Positions 10,271-21,435 of a stretch of 64,000 nt of DNA are shown here, one piece after another. Location of the stretch: NCBI GenBank assembly GCA_044892525.1, contig CM097885.1, positions 28,584,001 to 28,648,000 on the forward strand, read 5' to 3'. The notes under the pieces are model-generated. The model was not told where the DNA came from and searched no databases. It worked only from the letters and a program-made list of their open reading frames with translations. The number at the start of each line of letters is the position of its first letter. Position 1 is the stretch's first letter. The position numbers and the translations under genes were made by a program. Source of the DNA: Schmidtea polychroa (lineage: Eukaryota).

Positions 10271-10625
10271 TAATTTAAATAAATTGGCTAAATTAATACC
10301 ATGCTTTTACGAACCAGAATTATTTCCAGCTTTGAGATATATAAAATATAACCCTATGTGTGTAAATATATTCGCTAGCGGTAAGATAGTAATTCTTGGA
10401 ATAAAAAATATTGATTACAAGTGTATAGTTGATAATATCATATCTGAAATTAAATCAATAATTGAAGGAAATGAATTTTTAGATTTTTTTTTATTATCAC
10501 TTAATTAATTATTTATCATTGCAAATTCAATGCAATTGAAATGCATGATTCTGATTGGACGAAATCTAATTGGCTGATGATTATTTATAACAAAAAGTTT
10601 TCGGTTTAGTTGTCATTTTTAAACC

Positions 10626-11033
10626 ATGTACAACATACAAAGTTCCGCAATCACCTCAATGAAAGAGCATGCAAATTATGGTAATTTCAAATTTTTATTA
10701 TTACATTAATATATATTTTTTACAGATGAATATCAATCAATTATCCTGCAAAGATTATGCTTCTATTATCCAGAATTAAATGAAATTCTACAAGATAGAG
10801 ATCCAGCTATCATTCCGGATTTGGTATACAACCAAACACGAATCTGGATATTCGATATAATAAACACCTTTCTATGGGATATCAAGATAGGAAGGGTGAT
10901 GAAAGAAATGAAAGCAGAGGCTCCTTGCATTTTCGGATGTAGCTGTTGCAATTTCCGTTATCAACAATATGTTGAATGGTGTTTGGTGAAGACTCAGAGA
11001 AATCATCACTCGAGTCAGATAGTATCAAAATAA
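10626..11033 (+). CDS. Two-exon hypothetical Polinton gene (exons 10626-10680, 10726-11033)
   Basis: 45-nt GT..AG intron joins ATG 10626 in frame to the 10821-11033 ORF; Cys cluster CIFGCSCC near the C-terminus. Confidence 0.55.
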
Positions 11034-11286
11034 ATTTTTATGTTGAATTGTTTTGTTTTTGTAAATCGAAATAATAGAAATAGAAATAATAGTAATAGAA
11101 ATAGTAATAATATAAGTAATAATAGTAATAATAATAAAAAACATTAATGCAACATTAATGCAAATGACATGCAATTTAAACAAAGACATGCAATTTAAAC
11201 AAAGTCATACAGCAATCTGATTGGTTGATAAACAATAGTCATAGGTATAAAAACCCTGTACCATTTCATTTTAATCATAATTCACG

Positions 11287-11706
11287 ATGACAAAGAAAAT
11301 TTCAAGCAGTGAAAAGCCAAAAGTTGTTCCAGAACTTGTACAACCTGTTCAAATGTTCCACAACTATAAAATGTATTTTTTAAAAGAAGAAATCAATATG
11401 AAATTGGCGTCACCGATCAAGCTAATTCCAACTAAATTTCAATTCTTATCCGGCACGCTTTCAATGATAGATGTTAAATCTATTGATGAGGTTTTCAAAC
11501 GGTTGAATACGAATCTATCTTGTAATCAACATGCCTGGTTCAACAACAGATATGCAAGATTTTATGATTCCTTTGATGAAATCGCTTTCAAAGAAAACGA
11601 AAATTGGTATATAACAATTGCAATCCAAGGATATAAAGTTGATAATAATGATGTATATTCTCCTATTTGGAAAATTATGTCTGCTAGACTTTCAGAACTA
11701 TTTTAA
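11287..11706 (+). CDS. Hypothetical 139-aa Polinton protein
   Basis: Intact ORF with upstream TATAAAA (~11246). A diverged second copy of its promoter and 5' half lies at ~51826-52097. Confidence 0.65.
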   Translation: MTKKISSSEKPKVVPELVQPVQMFHNYKMYFLKEEINMKLASPIKLIPTKFQFLSGTLSMIDVKSIDEVFKRLNTNLSCNQHAWFNNRYARFYDSFDEIAFKENENWYITIAIQGYKVDNNDVYSPIWKIMSARLSELF

Positions 11707-11833
11707 TGTTATATTTAATAAATGTATTAGTCATATTTGTTTTTTCTCTTTATTAATTGCAACATTAATGCAAATGACATGCAAATTTAACAAAGAAAAT
11801 CTATAAACAAACTTATAATATAGTTTTAAAGTG

Positions 11834-12081
11834 ATGAAAATGACTTCAGAAAAAGGTTAACATGATTAATTAAATACCGAATTATTTATTATTTAGAATT
11901 ATTAATCAACTTTTTGTTGGAAAAATTAGCAGAAATATCTGGTGTAAAAATTGAGGATATATTATCTGTTACAAATGCATTAAATATCGGCTGGGTAGTT
12001 GAGAGTCAAGATTCAGGATTTGACGATCAGGAAGAAACTCAAGAAATTGATGACGTATTGATCGTGTCGTTGAAAATATAA
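11834..12081 (+). CDS. Putative small two-exon acidic protein (exons 11834-11855, 11897-12081)
   Basis: 41-nt GT..AG intron gives MKMTSEKELLINFLLEKLAEISG...ESQDSGFDDQEETQEIDD. Confidence 0.35.
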
Positions 12082-12169
12082 TGAAATGTGGAGATGACGA
12101 TTGCGAATGTGTTAATAAATTTTAAAATTGAATTATTTTCATTTAAATATACTATTAAAAACAATAACA

Positions 12170-12698
12170 TTAATTTTTATTCATATATCTACAGAAAATA
12201 TACATTATAACAACTCCAGTTGTAAGTTTTATATAGTTTTTCATTTTTCTTTTGATTTCATCAGTTTCTTTAAAATTGCAGGCCAGTTTATTTAATACAC
12301 CCCATCCGCCATTGGCTTCTATCCATGGGGTAAACTTGGACTTGATTATCTAGAAATGAATATTATTAAAATATAAATTATAAAAGAAATCTTACTTCTA
12401 AAGACCACTGATAATAATGTTCTGAGTCATGTTGACCTTTTACAATGATTATCTTCATGTAGGTGAATCCTACAATTATCCTTGTCCATTTCATGTCTTC
12501 ATCGAAAAGACACTGAAATATTCTATTGAAGTAATACTTCTTGGTTTCCAGGGATTCCGTCTCCATCATCTGCTGATAATCGATATGTTCACCTTCAATG
12601 ATTTGTTCAGTTCGATTGATCAGGAAATTGAGGCTGTCGACTATATTCGCGGTGACAATTCCGTTTAGAACATTTTCCATAAAATTTGGTTGCGACAT
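12170..12698 (-). CDS. Bcl-2 family-like protein, two exons (12698-12396, 12349-12170), ~160 aa
   Basis: BH1-like LFDEDMKWTRIIVGFTY; GTAAG..TTCTAG intron 12395-12350; BH2-like PWIEANGGW; C-terminal hydrophobic tail YIKLTTGVVIMYIFCRY. Confidence 0.8.
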
Positions 12699-12908
12699 TT
12701 CTAAAATAATTTAAAATATAATGTTTCATTTATACTAATACCATATGATTTTGATTGGTTGATAGACTATAAATGTAAAAGAAATGTTTTGATTTGATAC
12801 ACCATAAAAACTATATTACTAATTATTATAACGAGTGTGTGCTAACACAATACCTTAATTTCATAATATTCGACTATGTTTTTGTTCACCATGATTTGTG
12901 ATAGAAAT

Positions 12909-12911
<3 letters not shown>

Positions 12912-12970
<59 letters not shown>

Positions 12971-12977
12971 CATAATC

Positions 12978-13035
<58 letters not shown>
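12912..13035. repeat. (AAT)n microsatellite
   Basis: Directly visible. Confidence 0.95.
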
Positions 13036-13037
<2 letters not shown>

Positions 13038-13329
13038 TTAGAAAATATGTGTTTTATTACATTGTTTAATAATATCATTGTACCCTTGCGAGTTGTTGAG
13101 CGTGACCAGTACCCTTGTGAGCAGTACCCATAAGGGGACAGAATATTTTGTCGGATAGACTCGGAGTATATAGATTAATAATAATATATCAATAGCTATC
13201 GATGAGAACACTAACTTGTTGCATGTGTGGACACTAATAATATTTTTTATACCTTGTGTGTGTGACAGAATATCTTGTCTGATAGACTATATTGTGTGTA
13301 ATAATAATTTTGTCAACTTTTTCGTCAAA

Positions 13330-13619
13330 ATAAGTTTTTAAAATACCGCAACGTAATATATTTAATAATTAAAATATAATAAATTTTAAAATACCGCAAC
13401 GTAATATAAATTAAAAAAAAACCGCAGCGTAATATATTTTAAAAAAAGTACCCCCCCTCCCCGGGGGGGTGGGGGATATGACGCCATATGTCTTTGTGAC
13501 GTCATCGATGACGTCATATGTCTTTGTTCCCGGGTCCACACAATACCCTACTATAATTGAAATTTGTATTGCCGCAACCCCTCTTCGGCTGGAGGGGGTC
13601 ATTGTTGCAGAGGACTACT
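13330..13619. repeat. Probable Polinton terminal-inverted-repeat region
   Basis: Three ACCGCA(A/G)CGTAATATA repeats, C/G tracts, a 20-bp palindrome and terminal ACTACT. The partner TIR is not in the window. Confidence 0.6.
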
Positions 13620-14784
13620 AATTACCTACTTTTATATTTACTATGATTAATTTTATTTGTTGGGTTATTGGGTTGGTGACAATATTTGTAATGTCAAACC
13701 TTTATTCTGACTCCAAAGCGTGTTTTGATAATTCACAACTTAACAATCTCGATCACGATAAGCTTTATCATTATTCACACTAGATCGTACAAATTCCAAT
13801 TACAACCAATTAACTCTAAACCAAATAATCACACAGAGCGTATTGCGACACTACGTGAAGAACAGCCCTTTCTTTTGTTTAGGTCTCGTTATACGAAAAC
13901 CCCAACCTTACTGGTTTTTATATATATAAACAAATAGAACTAGTTGTTTAAATTATTTATTTATAATCAAAAATTACCAAGAAAAATGTAACAATTTTTT
14001 CCAATTTCAAATCAAATATAAAATAATGATAGTATGTGCTTCTATGCTTCCTCTTAATACCAAATTTAAATTATTATATTTCCTATCTGTGTTCAAGTAT
14101 GGTTAATTGATATTAAAAATGTGTTAATTACCATTGTTATGTTGCAATATACTGCTTAGATTTTCAAATATCTCACCTCAAAATATTTTTCTTGTCAGCC
14201 GACGGGTGACAAGAAACATTTTAAAGGCAGCTCATCGGCCTATTGGCCGATTCGCTTTTCTAACATTTATATTTAGTTTCAAGTGAGGAAAAATGTATTT
14301 AATGTGCAGGACCCCCTGCGGAATACCCGACACCCAGCAAAACCACTCTACTGCCTGGCTTTTCATCAAACACTATCACTTAAAAACAAGGCCTGTTGGA
14401 GCTCCTAAAACAGTACCTATGGTCCAACACTCATAATAATTAGAAGGCACCCAACATGAAAAAACCAATACCCCATTCCAATTAAAGACCATGAAACGCC
14501 AAAACCAATCAACCAATACAATCTAACTAACGAAGCCCATCTCAAACAATCCCATCAAATATTTCTTCACTTTTTATGAAACACTCAATCTATGGAAGCC
14601 CAACCCAATCACCCAAACCAATCCAACCAATCCAACCGGAAAGCCAATGTACCTTATCTTGTGTACCTTATCATGTGTCACCTATCTTTTTTCGTTGTGT
14701 TGCCTTATTTGTATATATCTTATAGTAATTTTTAGTAACTCCACCACCGCACTGGTTTACAACCTTTCTACCAACCAATACCTT

Positions 14785-15485
14785 TTCTACCTTCCATCAT
14801 ACTCTACCTTCCATCATTCTCTACCTTCCATCATACTCTACCTTCCATCATACTCTACCTCCATCATACTCCACCTTCCATCATACTCTACCTTCCATCA
14901 TACTCTACCTTCCATCATACTCTACCTTCCAACATACTCTACCTTCCATCATACTCTACCTTCCATCATACTCTACCTTCCATCATACTCTACCACTACC
15001 TTCTATCATGCTCTACCACTACCTTCTATCATACTCTACCACTACTTTCCATCATTCTCTACCTTCCATCATGCTCTACCACTACCTTCCATCATACTCT
15101 ACCACTACTTTCCATCATTCTCTACCTTCCATCATACTCTACCTTCCATCATACTCTACCTTCCAACATACTCTACCTTCCATCATACTCTACCTTCCAT
15201 CATACTCTACCTTCCATCATACTCTACCTTCCATCATACTCTACCTTCCATCATACTCTACCTTCCATCATACTCTACCTTCCATCATACTCTACCTTCC
15301 ATCATACTCTACCACTACCTTCCATCATGCTCTACCACTACCTTCCATCATGCTCTACCACTACCTTCCATCATACTCTACCACTACTTTCCATCATTCT
15401 CTACCTTCCATCATGCTCTACCACTACCTTCCATCATACTCTACCACTACCTTCCATCATACTCTACCACTACCAAACTCTACCA
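14785..15485. repeat. Minisatellite, ~17-bp unit CTACCTTCCATCATACT with 23-bp variants
   Basis: Directly visible tandem array; explains ORFs 14647-15562. Confidence 0.95.
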
Positions 15486-16489
15486 ATACCGATCATCAAT
15501 CAAACAACCAGCTGAATTTCAATTTTTTTTTTGTTAATAAATGTGTCGTTCTGAATTCTTAATTATTTTTATTATAAAACATATCTGATTTTTTTAAGTA
15601 TTTTTTGCTTATTAATTTTGGGTATTGGGAAAAATGTGTTTCGTTATTTTAATTGCCACTTCGAAAAATGTGTCAGAATTTAATTGCTATTTTACTTTAA
15701 TGAACTACCTAATAATTAATTAAATTCCCAAATATATATTTATATTAAAATGTATAAGAATAGTATTAAAGATGTACATACAGGAATACACATAAGCCAA
15801 AAATAATGCACATAAATCAAATGAAATGTCAATGATAATTATAATAATAAGTCAAATTATATATCAGACTGAATCACAAAGATTTTAACAGCTATATTTA
15901 TAATATAGTCACTACTAGATTGAAAAGGAAATCCTTCAAAGGGCCGCCAAACTAGTTCTAAAAATATCAAATGTGGTTTTTCTTATATAAAATTAAAAAA
16001 GAAAATTTTTTTTCAAATAAAAAAATTTCATAAAACACACTGTTTACATAATATTAGCTAAAAACTAAAATAAATCAAACTATAATGAAAATCACATTTC
16101 TGTGTGTATTTTTATAAAACTAAACAAAACGAATGATTTTTTTCAAGAAATTTTTTTTCTAAAAACTACGAATCAATATGTAAAAATAAGAAAAGACAAA
16201 AAATTCAATCGAGAAATAAACTATTTTATTTTTATCAATAAATATGGTTATTATAAATATTATTATAAAATATATTATAAAATATTGATATTCATGTAAA
16301 TAAATTTTATTTTAAAAATTTTAAAAATTATAAAATTAATTTTTTTTTCCAGTTTTTAATGAAATAAATAAAATATTTATAAAAAAAATAAAATTAAAAT
16401 ATTTAAATAAATTTTAAAAAAAGCCGGTCCTCATACAATTTGATAAAAATAGTAATTTCCGTATAAATATTTTTTATGTAATTATTGAT

Positions 16490-17153
16490 AAACTTTTGGC
16501 AGAAATAAAAAAACGGAAATCTGCATATGATCGCATTGCCACTAAATTTGGAATTTTAATGAATTTAAAACATTTCGACGAAAATATGAATCGAGAAAAA
16601 GCAACTATTTTATATAAAGAATACCCAGATGATCTTGAAAATGGTCTAATCGAGGTTTAATATCGGATAACTTAACAGCATTATCTAAATCTGAGCAAAT
16701 TTTAAGAACAATAATTGAATCGCAAATTGAATGCACTTTTCCGAATATAACAACAGCTCTACGAATATATTTAAGTATCGCCTGTACAAATTGTAGCGGA
16801 CAAAGGTCGTTTTCAACTCTCAAGAAAATAAAAAATCATCTAAGATCATCTTTAGGACAATACAGATAAAATAATTTAAGTATTTTGTCAATAGAATCGG
16901 ATGTCCTTGAGAAACTGGATCACAAGAAAATTATAGATATATTTTCTAAAAATAAATGCCGCAAAAGACATATTTAAATTTAAAATTAATATTTAATTCA
17001 CATATTTATATAAATTTTTTGAATTTTGTTTTGCGTAAATACATATTTAAGTTTTGAATTTTTGAAAATAAAATTGAAATTTTATAATAAAAGTATGTAG
17101 GGGTGCAAAATTTTATTTAGCCTAGGGCGCTCAAACTTATTAATACGGCCATG
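16490..17153 (+). mobile_element. hAT transposon 3' relic (hATC dimerisation domain and terminal sequence)
   Basis: FPNITTALRIYLSIACTNCSGQRSFSTLKKIKNHLRSSLGQ..NNLSILSIES at ~16738-16900; GC-rich end ..TACGGCCATG. Confidence 0.75.
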
Positions 17154-20100
17154 ATAGTCACTATTAGATTGAATTGGATTGCCAAACTCTCTGGGTTGAA
17201 TTGGGTTAGATTGAAAAGTGTGGATTATGAAATCTCTATATAAACATTTACTTCGTATTTATTTGGGCCCACTTCATAATATTTTGTGAGCTCGAACTCC
17301 CTCATTGCTCGGCCCCTGTCATCCAACACTTTATTCACAACAATAATCACTCGCCGTCAACCACTCAATTACAGGGTACGTTGATCGATTGTTCTATTTG
17401 CTTTGACCACAGATTTATTCACTTTACTTCCAATTTATTACTAAGTGTCTACAAAGGATTCTCCTCACTCTCCAAATCAATTATTTATTTTTAACAGTTC
17501 TCTTCTGTCCTTTTAACTCTTTTTAACTCTTTTGTCTCAAATTTTGTCTGATTCTAACTTCTGTGCCTTCTCTTTTGCGGTACTTGAGATAATTTTGTTT
17601 TACATTTTCTTTTTTCCTCTGTATTCCCCGCTACTTCAGCCTTATCTCTGACATATGTCGATATATGTCCTGTTTTCCTCTTTTCGTGTTGTGCCGACTT
17701 TTCCTGCCATTTCGCTATCTTTGACAATCTGTCAAGATACGGCTTTTCCCATATTTTTGTTTTTCTGCAATTTGAAATTCCACCTTCGTTTGTACTTTTT
17801 AATTAACAATTACCTCTGTTTTAATTTTTTGTTTGTTTTCTTTTATTTGATTTATCTTTCTCATTTTTCGTTTCTTTTTAATTCGTTTTCTTTTCTGAGT
17901 TCATTCGATCGTCCCTTTTGTCATGACTATCTTTCCCAGGTAATTTACATATTTATTATGCTATTTATCATTTAGGTATCCTCAACATATATATGAAACA
18001 ATGAAATCTATGATACAAGATGATGAAACGATTCAGAAAAATAGTGATGAAAGTTTTTTGGATGAAGAAAATTAATCTCAGAATACGGCAGAAGAACAAA
18101 GTAGACTGATTATATTTGATGAAATGATAAAATGTGATGATAAATGGTTATACTTATCAACGATAAATGTAATATATAACAATAAAATTGATTTATCAAT
18201 CAAATACAATATTTCAAATTACAAAAAATACTTGATACACTAAAAATTAATTTAATTAAATGAATCACGATTTCTTCAGTTCTCCGAGCGTCTTCAGGTT
18301 TCTTTTTGAGCTCCAGCAATTTTTGCTATGACCCGTTCTTGTGCATCCAAGGTAACATTACATTTTTGATGATTTAAATTCGAATATTATTTTTATATTA
18401 ATTACATAGTTATATGTCTACTGAAATTAGTTTCACCATCAAATAATATGTCAAAGATAATTTTAACCCTTTCGTTACGGAGTATTTTAAGATTACAATG
18501 TCCCCAAATGAATTTAAATGAATTTCGTATCCATACGTTCTTTGTATTTAAATCGAATTTAAGAACGTATTGATACGTTTTTCGGTATCAACATTTGGTG
18601 TTAGGTACTGTTGGGCTAAATAGTGAGACTTAAAACTAAAAGTAAAATAATACAACAGTAAGAAATAGAGGCAATCAATAAATAATCAAAAAAACCGTAA
18701 AAACAAAATGAGTAAATTCGTTAAAAAAAATAAAATAGACATAGCAGGAAAACAAATAATAAAAATATATAATAGAATTAAAAATAGGATTAAAACAATA
18801 AGGAAAAACATGTATATTAGGATTCTCATCCGTGAGAACATCCGTTTTCAAATCACTAAATAATTCCATAAATTTTATTTAATAAATGATATACTCTAAA
18901 ACTTGTTTCTTCTTATTTTTGTTATTTAAACAAATTTCAGTTTTCCTTAAAATATTTTTTGATAAAAATATTTTTTAAAAATGATAAATTTCTTTCTTCT
19001 TTTTAAAATATTTTCAATAAAAACATATTTTAAATTTTTACAAAATTTCTAATTAATCTTTAAGAATCTTTCAACTTCCTCATAATGTAAATACAGGCAA
19101 AAGCGTAAAATAACATCAAATTTATACAAAGATTTAGAAAATTAATAAAATGGAAACAAAAACACAAAAAACCAGACCAAACTAACAAAAATACATTAAT
19201 TTAATTAAATGAATTAATTTTGCGACACCTTGATTTGGATTGGTCCGCAAATTTGACAATAGACTTTATAAGTAAGGCATTGAAATGAAAATTCCAATGT
19301 TCAATTTACAAAATTTAGGTAAGCCACAATACATGAATGAAATGTTTAATTTACAAATATTGACACATTCAATCACTATATTTCATTTTACTCTGAGACC
19401 ATTGAGGGGAAAACAATTGATAAACTTCGAAAATATTAACACTGATAGAACGCAATTAAATTTCGGACAACAGAATCACTCTGGAAACCCAACTTATATT
19501 CAGGAACAACAAATATCAACCAAGGAAACGAATCGAAGGAAATTTCGGTAAATATTAAAAAAAAATCAAATTTTTGTTTTAATTACAAAGAGGCCACTCC
19601 GGCATAAGGGGAGATGTTCTCGACCCTTCAAATTTCTACAGCTGTTGTGTTGATTTCTGCGAACCCTGTGCCGTGGCTCAAGCGTTAAAAGTGTGATTCG
19701 AGAGACAATTGAGGTTGCTGAGAATGGTTACTGAGGACAATCGATGTTTGGGATGTAGTAAGAATATGAAATATAAATACGGTAATGCACTGAATACTCT
19801 ATGTATATATAAGGTGATTGAAAGGTAGTAGTGGTGGTGATTGAAAAGTAATAGTAAAGATAATAGAAATGGGTTAGGTAAATTTTAATAATTAAATATT
19901 GTAGAATACAAACCAAATATAAAGAGGCAATAAAAAGAAAAAGAAACACAAAGACAAAAACACTTAAGGCTACATGGCGTATTGGTTGGATTGGTTGAAT
20001 TGATTGGGTGATTTGGATGATTTGTCTGAATGATATTTGGGATGTTTGTCATTCATATATGGGAGGGTCTGTATTTGGATTGGTACGTTGAGTTTGGATC

Positions 20101-20849
20101 ATACAGGACTTTTGATCACGATCTGCTTCCCAGTGTTGCCAGGTAGTTGTTGTCAACCGAGTCAGGAGTTACGGATGAGGATGTTTGAGCAAAAGTGTGT
20201 GATGTAGAGTCGGCACGTCTGAGTGTATTAGTGTCAAACTTGTTGTTTGAATAGCGGTGGTGCTTGGATTTTTGAGTGAATATGGTTTGATGTTGAAGTG
20301 GTTGTGCCGGGAGGATTTCACAAATTCATGTATTGAAAATTGGTCGGTGAAGTATATGGATAAAATACATCGGTTGCCCGAACAGGTGTATAGGTGTAGG
20401 TTATTATTATTATTATTCTTTTTAGTATAGACTTCAATTTAATCATTAATATAATACGTTTTAATTAACATATGTTATTATTGTTATTATATCCCTTATA
20501 AATAAAATTACGTTATTATTATTTTTATTATTAAAAAGACAGATTATTATTGTTATTATTACTATTATTATTATTTTTATTTTTTTTTATTTATTATAAT
20601 TATTATTATCATTATCATTATTATTACTATTATTATTATTGTTATTAATATTATTATTATTGTTATTATTAGTATCATTACTGTTGATTATTATGACTGA
20701 TATTATAACTGTTGAGAGTTTGTAGAGAAATTACATATGCACGCGTTTACATACGTAGATATTTATCATAAAGGTGTAGGTAGTATTTGTTGATTATAAT
20801 AGTATATAGTTGACAATTAAATAAGGTGATTGTTTAAATGTCGACCGAT

Positions 20850-21245
20850 TTATAGTTCTATTGTTCGAATATATAGAAATTCATATTTGAATAATAGATC
20901 AACTGTCCGCTTAAAGTCAATCATTTCTGAACATTCAACTGATTTGAATTTATTAAACTTCATTTGATCAAGATTTAATTTCCATACGATTACATAATCA
21001 CATAAATCCACACTTTCAAGGAATGAGTTAGTTTCGTTGATTAATTTCGTTATTGATTCTGAATGTCCATATAATATATCACTCTGTTTGCCATCTTCTA
21101 AACTCCATACAATTATAATATCATCCATTCTACCAGTGAATGCAACTCTCGATTTATTGTCACAAACTTCTGACAAAACAACATTTGAATGACCACTCAA
21201 AACAAATTCATCATATTCATTATCCTTAGCATTTTTAAAATCCAT
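20850..21245 (-). CDS. Intronless short WD40-repeat-like ORF
   Basis: Two GH...W repeats: LSGHSNVV..FTGRMDDIIIVWSL and LYGHSESI..DYVIVWKL. Confidence 0.6.
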   Translation of the reverse strand: MDFKNAKDNEYDEFVLSGHSNVVLSEVCDNKSRVAFTGRMDDIIIVWSLEDGKQSDILYGHSESITKLINETNSFLESVDLCDYVIVWKLNLDQMKFNKFKSVECSEMIDFKRTVDLLFKYEFLYIRTIEL

Positions 21246-21435
21246 TTAATTTTCCATTTCGAAATTAATTAAACGAATTTAAAAAATTTTATTTTCAAAA
21301 AATCACAACTTACCAAATTTTTAAACAACTTCCAAATTCACATAAATAATCCAAAGATTTTATCACCCAACAAAATCCAAAAAACACAGATATCTCCAAA
21401 ACTTCGATAAAAACTCGACAATAAATCTCCAAAAT

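Larger units (their letters stand above)
1061..10508 (+). pseudogene. TBP-like gene (~155 aa) split by LTR insertion; halves 1061-1294 and 10275-10508
   Basis: Removing 1295-10274 joins the halves in frame (..IGFSCN|LNKLAKLIPCF..). TBP-fold motifs: YFKTGKCRIMG in repeat 1; YEPELFPAL and NIFASGKIVILG in repeat 2. Confidence 0.85.
1..13619. mobile_element. Polinton/Maverick-like element, right arm (left part outside window), interrupted by an LTR element
   Basis: A32/FtsK-type packaging ATPase (327-957) and a small Polinton-type ORF (1-313). A compact cluster of small genes ends in a GC-rich terminal region finishing ACTACT at 13614-13619, the reverse complement of the AGTAGT Polinton terminus. 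Confidence 0.8.

Noticed and set aside
12876..13133. Poly-Ile ORF (likewise 51195-51831)
   Set aside because: Microsatellite translation.
14785..15485. Possible CRISPR-like array
   Set aside because: Head-to-tail units without unique spacers; eukaryotic context.
14647..15562. Long ORFs with LPSIILY/STFHH repeats
   Set aside because: Translation of a 17/23-bp minisatellite; open in several frames.
19560..20400. Coding-like GC-richer patches, possibly LINE/Penelope relics
   Set aside because: Could not recover any diagnostic motif by eye.
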